From NCBI GenBank assembly GCA_041665545.1, contig JBAYIQ010000001.1, positions 137,911 through 201,910 on the forward strand: 64,000 bases of DNA. The letters run 5' to 3'. The position numbers were made by a program, and so were the translations under genes. The notes below the pieces were generated by a model. It saw nothing but the letters and a program-made list of their open reading frames with translations. It made no database searches and was not told the origin of the DNA. This DNA comes from Patescibacteria group bacterium (lineage in GTDB: Bacteria; Patescibacteriota; Patescibacteriia; UBA1558; GWA2-36-10). Every line of letters begins with the position of its first letter. Within the stretch, counting starts at the first letter, position 1. Of the stretch, positions 55,454 to 63,835 are shown one piece after another.

Positions 55454-55774
55454 TTATTTAGTAACAATCTTTTCGATGTTTACTTCTTCTTTGATTTGTC
55501 TGTGACCGTATCTTTTTCGATAACGAGTTTTGTTGTGGTATTTGAAAACATCAATTTTCTTCTCTTTGAATTCTTTGACCAAGGTAGCTTCAACTTTAGC
55601 ACCTTTGACCAAAGGAGCACCAACCGTAATATTTTCTTTATCATCGATTATAGCCAACACTTCTTCAAAAACAACAGTTTGACCTGCTGTAGTGCCTTTT
55701 ATTCTTTCGACGCTTAATTTTTGCCCAGTGGCAATCAAATATTGTTTACCACCAGTTCTGATTATTGCTTTCAT
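55454..55774 (-). CDS. rplU: 50S ribosomal protein L21
   Basis: MKAIIRTGGKQY...KYHNKTRYRKRYGHRQ L21 signature. Confidence 0.9.
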   Translation of the reverse strand: MKAIIRTGGKQYLIATGQKLSVERIKGTTAGQTVVFEEVLAIIDDKENITVGAPLVKGAKVEATLVKEFKEKKIDVFKYHNKTRYRKRYGHRQIKEEVNIEKIVTK

Positions 55775-55853
55775 AAAATCTATAGCTATTTTTAATACGG
55801 GTTAAATATTAACAAAGATTAGCAATTGTGTCAATAATACTGAATACACGCCA

Positions 55854-55882
55854 TTGACAAGATATGAAATGTGTGATATAAT
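55854..55882 (+). promoter_or_regulatory. perfect consensus promoter TTGACA-17-TATAAT (cassette F, gene 1)
   Basis: ttgacaagatatgaaatgtgtgatataat. Confidence 0.6.
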
Positions 55883-55958
55883 ATAAAATCGTGGTTAATT
55901 TCTACCACGTGCACCTTAGCAAGACACAAGGTAAATATGGCCAATGGAGGTCCTTGAA

Positions 55959-56693
55959 ATGGAAAAGACCGAAAAGACCGCCTTTGCTGTTCTGCACATG
56001 AGCCGTCACGAATCCAGCTCGCCCCAAGCCAACTATGGCCTGGGAACACTGGGTCCCATGGACTACCGCGGAATCCCGGTTCGCTACCACCCCAATTCCT
56101 TCATGCGTGACTCCGGTTACCGCATGCTGGAAATCCAGCTCCCGAAGAACCAGAACGAAGCGGGAGTCGCGATGGCTGTCATGCACGCAGGTCAGATTCG
56201 GGGAGCCATCAGTTCCCTGCAGGATCAGCTCAACAGTCTGACACCGGAAAAGATCTCCCACTACAACCTGATGATCAACGAACTGCTTCGCAAGGGCTAC
56301 CTGATGCACAGCCAAGTCCTCTACTTCAAACCCTGGCAATCCGGTCTCGTGGCCAAGTACGGCTGGGGCATCAATGGCTCTGGTGGCATGGTCATGTTCG
56401 GACAGAACAACTTCGGACAGAGCTTCGGAGTACAGGCCGGACACCAGCTGGTGCAGGTGGTCTTCCGACCCACTCCGTACGCCGACGGACTGATCTGTCG
56501 CTACGGCTGGGGCATCACCGTATGCCAGCCGGAAAGCATCAAACGTGTGCTGAGTGGTCTGCGCAAGCAGCTCGACAACGCCGTGTTCTTCCAGGAGCAC
56601 GGCTGTCTACTCGAAGACTTCGATCGGCCGAGTCTGGCATGCCGACTGATCGCCCGTCAGGCGACCCACGCGTGCCAGCAAACCACCGCATAG
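55959..56693 (+). CDS. GC-rich hypothetical protein with duplicated YGWGI motif (alt start 55944)
   Basis: GGAGG SD 7 nt before ATG at 55959; repeats AKYGWGINGSGG / CRYGWGITVCQ; GC-rich. Confidence 0.5.
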   Translation: MEKTEKTAFAVLHMSRHESSSPQANYGLGTLGPMDYRGIPVRYHPNSFMRDSGYRMLEIQLPKNQNEAGVAMAVMHAGQIRGAISSLQDQLNSLTPEKISHYNLMINELLRKGYLMHSQVLYFKPWQSGLVAKYGWGINGSGGMVMFGQNNFGQSFGVQAGHQLVQVVFRPTPYADGLICRYGWGITVCQPESIKRVLSGLRKQLDNAVFFQEHGCLLEDFDRPSLACRLIARQATHACQQTTA

Positions 56694-56772
56694 CGAGCAA
56701 CTGCTTGCTACGGTGACAACGACAGGACATTTTCTGACGCCAAGCGTCTGAAGGTGTCCTGTTTTCTTATAT

Positions 56773-56800
56773 TGACAATAGCTATATTATATGCTATAAT
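56773..56800 (+). promoter_or_regulatory. consensus promoter TTGACA-16-TATAAT (cassette F, gene 2)
   Basis: ttgacaatagctatattatatgctataat. Confidence 0.55.
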
Positions 56801-56858
56801 ATTAAATGTACCCCAGGATTCTAGTCTCGGGTTGTTCATTTCCAAGGAGGGATTTCTC

Positions 56859-57257
56859 ATGAGTCCGAAACAGCTTGCTGCCATCCCGTTCTGCATTTTG
56901 ACCGTAGTTGCCATGTTCTTATGGGTTGCCGGTCGTCCCACTGGCAAGCCCGACACAACGCGACTCTTCTCAATTGGGACTGATGCCCATCAGGTTCCGT
57001 GTGGTGACATCGGCTACGATGCCACCTTCCGCTACTATGCCGGAAACGACACGGCGGGCGTGACGGTAGCCAATCTCAATCCCGGGCTCGTAACGATCCA
57101 TCTCATGGATCGCCTGAGCAGGGATATCTACGGACGCAAACCCGTGCGGATCAACGGTGATCAGGCCAACCTGGAGATCATCAACAACGCCACCAATGAG
57201 GTGATTTGCCGCTGGCAGATCACCATCGATCGTCAGGTCGGTGTTGCCACCCGCTGA
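56859..57257 (+). CDS. GC-rich small secreted/membrane-anchored hypothetical protein (start revised to MSPKQLAAIPF)
   Basis: AAGGAGGGA SD precedes ATG at 56859; N-terminal hydrophobic segment; track ORF start 56754 lacks SD. Confidence 0.5.
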   Translation: MSPKQLAAIPFCILTVVAMFLWVAGRPTGKPDTTRLFSIGTDAHQVPCGDIGYDATFRYYAGNDTAGVTVANLNPGLVTIHLMDRLSRDIYGRKPVRINGDQANLEIINNATNEVICRWQITIDRQVGVATR

Positions 57258-57295
57258 GTACGCCCTCCTCCGGTCAGGCCACAAATGCCCGACCA

Positions 57296-57346
57296 AAACT
57301 CGTCGTCCATATCTTTTGGATCAAGCGACGAGTTTTCTTTTTACAA
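57296..57346 (+). terminator. long-stem terminator
   Basis: aaaactcgtcg...cgacgagtttt + ctttttac. Confidence 0.5.
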
Positions 57347-57399
57347 AAAAACCACTAAATAAATTAGTGGCTCTATAAACAAATTATTTCTAGATTTAG

Positions 57400-57876
57400 C
57401 TAAGATTTAACTATTATACAACGACCAGTAAAACCGGCCTTAAATTTTTCTAGTTCTATAAATTTATATTGCCAATTATAGTCAGGGATTATAGAAGTAT
57501 GATTAACATAAAACCCTTTTATATTTTCTATATTACCCTCAAATCCTACAATAAGAGCTAAATGGCCTCCAAATCTTTTCCAGAAAAAAATTCTTTCCCT
57601 GAGTGGTTTATAATCTTCGAAAGCCCATTTGATTGAAATAATTGGTAGACAATTTTGCTTTAATGCCTCGCCTAGTTGAACAGAATCTACATTGCACTGG
57701 GTCGTTGCCTGAAAACCATACTCTTGAGCCAAACGAACTAACCCGCCATGACTCCACCCGGAAGAATCTTTATAGGCACCAAACTCAATACCTTTTTTAA
57801 TATATTCTATTATTGATGGTGAAAGGGGTTTAGCTTGCATTGCGAGAAATCCATCTATTGCCATTTTAAGGCACAA
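57400..57876 (-). CDS. C39-like (papain-fold) peptidase domain protein
   Basis: 158 aa; TQCNVDS (Cys), GWSHGG, GGHLALIVGF (His) arrangement resembling Peptidase_C39_2/BtrH-like. Confidence 0.4.
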   Translation of the reverse strand: MCLKMAIDGFLAMQAKPLSPSIIEYIKKGIEFGAYKDSSGWSHGGLVRLAQEYGFQATTQCNVDSVQLGEALKQNCLPIISIKWAFEDYKPLRERIFFWKRFGGHLALIVGFEGNIENIKGFYVNHTSIIPDYNWQYKFIELEKFKAGFTGRCIIVKS

Positions 57877-58086
57877 AATACCACACGAAGATTTTTCCTA
57901 ATATTCAGCGTCCTTAGAACTCTTAAAACCGAGCTCCTGCCATTTAGACAAATCCCACTTTTGTGAATAAAATGGCACTTCTATTTTCACGGAATTTATT
58001 TCTTTTCTTATTATATAAAAACTGGCCGTCGCACCTGCCTGTCTGCCGATAGGCGGGCACTTGACCCAATAGCATATATTTACTAT

Positions 58087-58139
58087 CGAATGGTCGTAGA
58101 CCACGAGTGAGTCTTTTGCGAAGCAAAAGGCGAATCGAG
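58087..58139 (-). repeat. truncated copy 4 of tRNA-3'-adjacent structured element
   Basis: CTCGATTCGCCTTTTGCTTCGCAAAAGACTCACTCGTGGTCTAC then deletion of hairpin and distal half. Confidence 0.55.
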
Positions 58140-58224
58140 TGGTGGGCATAAGAGGACTTCCGCCTCCGCCCCTCACTTTGTTCGGGGCTATGGCGGACAG
58201 GCGAACCTCTGATTATTTTAGAAA
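58140..58224 (-). other. acceptor-stem-like structured element ending in GCCCACCA, 3' of tRNA-Val; pairs with sequence 5' of tRNA-Val (around 58340-58375)
   Basis: TATGCCC/GGGCATA, GGCGGAAG/CTTCCGCC, CCTGTCCGCC/GGCGGACAGG long-range complementarities flanking tRNA-Val. Confidence 0.4.
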
Positions 58225-58301
58225 TGGTGGTCGCACCTGGACTCGAACCAGGGACCTTCGCAATGTGAATGCGACGCTCTAACCAACTGAGCCATGCGAC
58301 C
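58225..58301 (-). tRNA. tRNA-Val (anticodon CAC)
   Basis: GGTCGCA acceptor, anticodon loop TTCACAT, T-loop GGTTCGAGTCC, CCA encoded. Confidence 0.85.
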
Positions 58302-58531
58302 ATATTAATAACCAACTGCTTGTCCGCCAAAGCTCCAAGGGAGCGACGGCGGAAGCTATATGCCCTTAAATAATAAACTACCGAAAATGGCTTAGCCATC
58401 CGTAGCTCCAAATAAAAATAACTATACTTTATACGTTTTGTCATCCTACTCCGCCAGCTGGCGGATATGGATGACATCCTTCGCACCGCGAAGGATGGTA
58501 AAAACCCTTAGCATTCAAAGCTATTTTCTTT

Positions 58532-58606
58532 TGGTGACCTCTAGGGGAATCGAACCCCTGTTGCCAGGATGAGAACCTAGTGTCCTAACCACTAGACGAA
58601 GAGGCC
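58532..58606 (-). tRNA. tRNA-Glu (anticodon CTC)
   Basis: GGCCTCT acceptor, D-loop AGTGGTTAGG, anticodon loop TTCTCAT, T-loop GGTTCGATTCC, CCA encoded. Confidence 0.85.
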
Positions 58607-58647
58607 AGAACCAAAAGAAAATAGCTTTTAGAATAAAGGTTGCCTGC

Positions 58648-58757
58648 CCGCCGAAGCTTTGAGCGTAGCGAGGAGCGAAGGCGGGAGAACCTGATGTCCT
58701 AACCGCTCGCCTCGCTTCGCGAGCGAAGCGGGTTAGACGATGGGGCCAAAACACTGG
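58648..58757 (-). pseudogene. fossil 5' half of tRNA-Glu with GC-hairpin insertion in D-loop and GC-rich tail
   Basis: GGCCCCATCGTCTAAC[CCGCTTCGCTCGCGAAGCGAGGCGAGCG]GTTAGGACATCAGGTTCTC vs tRNA-Glu GGCCTCTTCGTCTAGTGGTTAGGACACTAGGTTCTC. Confidence 0.5.
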
Positions 58758-58795
58758 ATATTAAATCAAAAATTTAGCTAAAAGTCAAAGTTATA

Positions 58796-60076
58796 CTATT
58801 TTTTCACAGACCCCACCAAATATTCCCCTGCCTCCCAAGGTCGAGCCATAAGTTCATAAACTATCTGCTCCATTTTCATGCCCCGTGAACCTTTGACCAA
58901 AATAACATCACCAATCTTTATCCTCTCTTGCAAAAAAATACCAGCTTCAAGGGTTTTGGGAAAATGAAAAATTTTATCTTCACTCAGGCCGGCCTGTATA
59001 GCGCCTCTAGCAATGTCCCTGGATCGCTCACCAACGACAAACAAATAATCTATTTTCAAATCATAAACCATTTTGCCAACCCTTCGGTGATCATTTTCAC
59101 TCTCAGCGCCTAGCTCCAGCATATCGCCAAAAACAGCAATTTTTCTACCCTGACTGGGTAACTCGCTTAAGATTTGCAAAGCCACCTTGGAAGACTGCGG
59201 AGAAGAATTGTAGCTATCATCAATCAACCAGCTATTTTTCACACCAGGCAAAAGCTTGGTGCGCCCTGACGCTGACTGATAATTTTGAATATTTTCCGCT
59301 GTCTCTACTAGGTTGAGACCCATAACCAGAGCCACTGTACAGGCAGAAGCTGCGGCTAGAGCATGCTGACTGCCTAAAACATTTGGCAAAAACACTGGCA
59401 ATTCTGCGCCTTGATAATGTATCTTGAAATTGGTGCCATATGTTTCATCATGGAAAGTAAGATGTATATTAGAAATTTTGACATCACAAGTATCGCTCAA
59501 ACCAAATGTTTTGACTGGTGCTGGGCTATTTTTTTTCAAACTTTGTAAAAATGGATCGTCGCCATTGAAGATTATCCAATCATGACTGCCCAGACGCTTA
59601 GTAATACTAATTTTTTCTTTGGCAATATTTTCTATTGAACCAAAATATTCCAAGTGACTTTGGCCGATAGCAGTAATGACGGCAATGTTTGGCTTAGCCA
59701 AACTAGTCAAATATTGTATATCTTGCGGCCGGTCAGCGCCCATTTCCAAAATCAATACTTGTGGATATTTTTTATTCTTAAACAAAAGCAAACGCCAGGC
59801 CTTAAAAATTATACTAAGCCAAGAAAAAATATTCTTGCCACCGCTCTTAGCCGAACCCAAAATAGCCAAGGGCAAACCCAATTCATTGTTAAAATTTTTA
59901 GCGCTACGCCCCACTTTATATTTATTTTTTAAAACCGCAAAAACTGCCTCTTTAGCTGAGGTTTTGCCCACAGAGCCGGTAATACCAATAATACGCGGCT
60001 GGTATTTTTTAATTACTGCCTTGATTAATGGCTTCAAAAGCCAAGAAATAAACTTACGATACTGTCTTTTGTTCAT
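58796..60076 (-). CDS. murF: UDP-MurNAc-tripeptide--D-Ala-D-Ala ligase
   Basis: Mur ligase GITGSVGKTS; dcw cluster position upstream of ftsI. Confidence 0.8.
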   Translation of the reverse strand: MNKRQYRKFISWLLKPLIKAVIKKYQPRIIGITGSVGKTSAKEAVFAVLKNKYKVGRSAKNFNNELGLPLAILGSAKSGGKNIFSWLSIIFKAWRLLLFKNKKYPQVLILEMGADRPQDIQYLTSLAKPNIAVITAIGQSHLEYFGSIENIAKEKISITKRLGSHDWIIFNGDDPFLQSLKKNSPAPVKTFGLSDTCDVKISNIHLTFHDETYGTNFKIHYQGAELPVFLPNVLGSQHALAAASACTVALVMGLNLVETAENIQNYQSASGRTKLLPGVKNSWLIDDSYNSSPQSSKVALQILSELPSQGRKIAVFGDMLELGAESENDHRRVGKMVYDLKIDYLFVVGERSRDIARGAIQAGLSEDKIFHFPKTLEAGIFLQERIKIGDVILVKGSRGMKMEQIVYELMARPWEAGEYLVGSVKK

Positions 60077-60077
60077 A

Positions 60078-61886
60078 TTAGCGTTCTGGTGCTATCTTAT
60101 AATATTGTATTAAAAATTGGGCAATTTCACCAAACAAAGGAATGGCCGTGCCTTCAGAGTATTGTGCTGTCTTCGGATTGTCAAGTTTGGTCAGTAGCGT
60201 GAACTTTGGCTTACTAGCCGGAGCAAAACCAATGAAGCTATGGATAGTCACGGTACTATCATATTTTTTGGCGCCAATATTGGCGACCTGCGCTGTGCCT
60301 GATTTACCAGCTACATAATAACCCGACACACGAGCACCTACGGCATGTTCACTATCAACCACATTGACCAGCATAGCGGAAATTTGCGAAGCCGTACTGG
60401 CACTGATCACATTTTGTCTAATTATTTTTGGCTGATAACTTTCTATCACCTGATCATTATACCTCAATTCCTTAATAACGTAGGGTTGCATTAGATTACC
60501 ACGATTAGCCAAGACATTAAAGGCGTTAATCATCTGCAATGGCGTGACCGTAATGCCCTGACCATAAGAAGCCGTGGCTTTGTAAATATCGCCTTTTTTT
60601 TCTAAAGAGCTAATATCACCCTCTGATTCCTGACTCAATAAAATATTACTTGTTTTACCAAAGCCAAAATTACTCATGTAATCATGAAAAATTTTATTAG
60701 GCACATCTTGAGTAGCAAAAATAATACCAGTATTGATAGAATAGGCCAATACTTTTTTCATATCTGACCAGCCATACTCTTTTTTGCCAGCATTGCGAAT
60801 CACTTGGCCAAAAGCAAACTTTACTTCGCCAGTATCCTCATAGCTAGTCTCGGGTGTCACCTTTCCTTCATTGATAGCAATGGCCATACTAATGGCCTTC
60901 ATCACTGATCCGGGCTCATAATTTTGAAATACGGCCAAATTATTATAAACCTCTGGACTATCTACCTTCCCATAGTCATTGGGATCAAAACTAGGATAAT
61001 CGCACATGGCCCGAATAGCCCCAGTAGCTGTTTCCATAACAATTACTGTGCCACTATCAGCCATGTTTTTTTCAACGGCTTTTTGCAAAGCTTGGCAAGC
61101 TTTGTATTGCACAGTGTGATCAATAGTCAAGACCACATCCACTCCTGGCCTGGCTTGTTCGCCTTGGCTATCGGCAAGCAGTACTCCTTTTTGATCTTGC
61201 TCACCAACAATCTTTCCGGACAGACCGGATAATTCATTATTCAAATATCCTTCCAATCCATATTTACCCTCTCGACTTATACCGTCTTCATTAAAACCCA
61301 AAAAACCTAAAATGTGAGCCCCCACTTCTTTGTCAGGATAAAAACGTAAAACTGATTTTTTAAGACTAATACCCAAGTCTTGGATAGCGATTAATTTTTT
61401 TGACCCAGACAGCCCCTTATTTACATCATCCAACAAAATATTTAGTTCGTCTTTGATACGGTCAACTTTATCTTCACTGACGTTTTTGGCTATCACTTCA
61501 TAACGCTTGTCAGTGAGATTGGCTTTTTCTTTAATTACATTAACATCTATTTCTAAATTCTTAGCCAAAATATCCGCAATATTTTGAGGCCGGGTGATCA
61601 TTTTGGGGTCAAGGGCTACTTCATAAAAAACTTTGTTTACAGCCAATGGATATAGCTCGCCATCTTCACTTTGACTAGCCAAGGCAAAAATCCGACCCCT
61701 TTCAGGAATCACTTCTTCATCAACTGTTCGCTGGTTTAAGCCCAACTGCACATAGTAATCATGCTTGATAATTTGCAAATAAAACAAACGACCAATAATT
61801 ATCAAGACAAACAAAAAAATAATCCCTTGTAAAACATTGATCCTTGAAGCAATGGTCTGTTCTTGATTATTACGGCCGATATTCAT
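60078..61886 (-). CDS. ftsI: penicillin-binding protein 2 / FtsI transpeptidase
   Basis: N-terminal TM; SVMK (SxxK), SIN (SxN), KSGT (KTG) motifs. Confidence 0.85.
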   Translation of the reverse strand: MNIGRNNQEQTIASRINVLQGIIFLFVLIIIGRLFYLQIIKHDYYVQLGLNQRTVDEEVIPERGRIFALASQSEDGELYPLAVNKVFYEVALDPKMITRPQNIADILAKNLEIDVNVIKEKANLTDKRYEVIAKNVSEDKVDRIKDELNILLDDVNKGLSGSKKLIAIQDLGISLKKSVLRFYPDKEVGAHILGFLGFNEDGISREGKYGLEGYLNNELSGLSGKIVGEQDQKGVLLADSQGEQARPGVDVVLTIDHTVQYKACQALQKAVEKNMADSGTVIVMETATGAIRAMCDYPSFDPNDYGKVDSPEVYNNLAVFQNYEPGSVMKAISMAIAINEGKVTPETSYEDTGEVKFAFGQVIRNAGKKEYGWSDMKKVLAYSINTGIIFATQDVPNKIFHDYMSNFGFGKTSNILLSQESEGDISSLEKKGDIYKATASYGQGITVTPLQMINAFNVLANRGNLMQPYVIKELRYNDQVIESYQPKIIRQNVISASTASQISAMLVNVVDSEHAVGARVSGYYVAGKSGTAQVANIGAKKYDSTVTIHSFIGFAPASKPKFTLLTKLDNPKTAQYSEGTAIPLFGEIAQFLIQYYKIAPER

Positions 61887-61908
61887 AATCTATGCGGCAC
61901 TTTTGGGA

Positions 61909-62229
61909 TTATTTTAAAGCCACTTTGTCTATGGCTGTACTCAAATAAATTATATTAGCATTATCAACTTTTACCAAATTTAATCTCTGACTTTCCTGCT
62001 CAACCCGCTCAATTGACTGCAAAGTACCAATCTCTGCATTCAACAAACGCAGTTTGTCTTCGGTCTGCCGAATATTATCGCTCAGCTCACTGCGCTGCAA
62101 ATTTTGAGCATTGCTGTAATTGGTCAAAAACAGGCCAGCCATCCAAAAAACTATGGTCAAGATTAGAAATAAATGACTAAACTTCTTCATGTTTTCCCAA
62201 AGTGATAACTTGTTAATTTTGTAAGACAT
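61909..62229 (-). CDS. ftsL: cell division protein FtsL-like
   Basis: 106 aa, single TM + coiled coil, between rsmH and ftsI. Confidence 0.6.
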   Translation of the reverse strand: MSYKINKLSLWENMKKFSHLFLILTIVFWMAGLFLTNYSNAQNLQRSELSDNIRQTEDKLRLLNAEIGTLQSIERVEQESQRLNLVKVDNANIIYLSTAIDKVALK

Positions 62230-62250
62230 ATTTTTATTTTTGTTTTTTGC

Positions 62251-63222
62251 TTAAAAGGCGATTTTTTGAGCGACGCGGAGTTGTGCGCTACGACAACGCG
62301 GATTAGCTTTTATTTCCTGTTCGCTTGGCTTGATCGGCTTCTTGGTCAAAACTTTCAAGCTAGCCTGGCTGTCACAGGTGCAGATAGGTGAGTCGGGCGG
62401 GCACTGGCAGAGCCCAGTTTGCTCCTTAAAAAAATTCTTTACTATTCTGTCTTCTAGCGAATGGAAACTGACCACTGCCAGGTGCCCGCCCGGGGCCAAG
62501 ATATCAACTGCCTGTGGCAAAGCTAATTGTAAATTTGCTAATTCCTGATTTACCTCTAGGCGCAAAGCTTGAAATACTAAGGTCGCTGGATGGCGTCTAA
62601 ATTTTGGCAAATCTGTTTCTTTTATATTCAATATTCGGAGTATGACGGAGACAAGCATGGAAGTTTTTACAAATTTTTGTTTTTGTTTATTGAGTTGTCG
62701 CCAGGCAACTAGCCCAGTGGCAATCTTTTTGGACTTCACTTCTTCGCCATACTCCCGCAATATTTTTTCAATTTGTTTTTCTGGATAGTTCAAAACAACG
62801 TCCGAAGCAGTCAATTTTTGGTTTTGAGTATCAAAACGCATGTCTAGATCCGCGCTGTCTTTGAAAGAAAATCCTCGTCCAGCTTGATCCAGCTGATCAG
62901 AAGACAGCCCTAAGTCAAATACTATCCCAGAAATTTTATCTAATTTATCGCGGTTTTTTTCAACCGCTGACTTTAAATGTACAAAATTATCATGAACTAT
63001 TATTAAACGATTTTTATACTTTTTTAACTTTTGCACGCTGTGCAGTATGGCTCGCTCATCAAGCTCTAGAGCCAAAACCTTGCCGTGCGGACCATTTTTT
63101 TGCAATATTGCTTCACTGTATCCTCCGCCTCCCAAAGTACAATCAATGTAATTCTGATTCTTCTGTGGCGCCAATTGCTGAATCACCTCTTGGAGCAAAA
63201 CACTGCGGTGCTGATAATCCAT
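62251..63222 (-). CDS. rsmH: 16S rRNA m4C1402 methyltransferase
   Basis: HRSVLLQE, YIDCTLGGGGYS SAM-binding motif. Confidence 0.85.
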   Translation of the reverse strand: MDYQHRSVLLQEVIQQLAPQKNQNYIDCTLGGGGYSEAILQKNGPHGKVLALELDERAILHSVQKLKKYKNRLIIVHDNFVHLKSAVEKNRDKLDKISGIVFDLGLSSDQLDQAGRGFSFKDSADLDMRFDTQNQKLTASDVVLNYPEKQIEKILREYGEEVKSKKIATGLVAWRQLNKQKQKFVKTSMLVSVILRILNIKETDLPKFRRHPATLVFQALRLEVNQELANLQLALPQAVDILAPGGHLAVVSFHSLEDRIVKNFFKEQTGLCQCPPDSPICTCDSQASLKVLTKKPIKPSEQEIKANPRCRSAQLRVAQKIAF

Positions 63223-63223
63223 A

Positions 63224-63664
63224 CTAAATGCCTAGGTCAACAAGCCCTTCGGAAATCTGATTGCTATCTTTTTCAGAAACACGTTGATATTTGGACCAAG
63301 CTTTTTCATCCCAAACTTCCAGTCTGTTGTATAAGCCAGCCAAAACGACCTGCTTGTTGAGATCGGCAAATTGCTTCAAATAATCGGGCAAAATAATACG
63401 GCCTTGTTTGTCCAAGACCACATCCATGGCTCCAGCCAACATCATTCTAGAAAAAGCTCTAGACTTGGCTTGAGAAATTGGCAAATTACTTAGCTTGTCC
63501 ACTAATTTTTGCCATTCTTTAGCAGTATAGATGAAAAGACAATTGTCCAAGCCCTTGGTAATGACAGCGCCATCCGGAAAAAGATTCCTAAATTTGCTAG
63601 GAATTGCCAAGCGGTTTTTGTCATCTAAATTATATTTGTACTCGCCAATAAACATAGAGCCCAA
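63224..63664 (-). CDS. mraZ: transcriptional regulator MraZ
   Basis: MFIGEYKYNLDDKNRLAIPSKFR; tandem SpoVT/AbrB-like domains. Confidence 0.85.
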   Translation of the reverse strand: MGSMFIGEYKYNLDDKNRLAIPSKFRNLFPDGAVITKGLDNCLFIYTAKEWQKLVDKLSNLPISQAKSRAFSRMMLAGAMDVVLDKQGRIILPDYLKQFADLNKQVVLAGLYNRLEVWDEKAWSKYQRVSEKDSNQISEGLVDLGI

Positions 63665-63666
63665 TG

Positions 63667-63835
63667 TTATCCACAGCTTTAATAATTAATCCCCCACTTT
63701 TCACCACTTTTTTCTATATTATTTACATTATACCCCACCGAAGCATTTTAAGCAATAAAAAAAGACCTTATTTATCCACAGATCAAGGTCTTATTACAAC
63801 ATAAATTATTAAAATGCGTATAGAACTTATCCACA
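63667..63835 (+). promoter_or_regulatory. cluster of three perfect DnaA boxes (TTATCCACA) upstream of mraZ
   Basis: TTATCCACA at 63667-63675, 63772-63780, 63827-63835, all same orientation; box 2 flanked by 8-bp inverted repeat AAGACCTT/AAGGTCTT. Confidence 0.5.
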
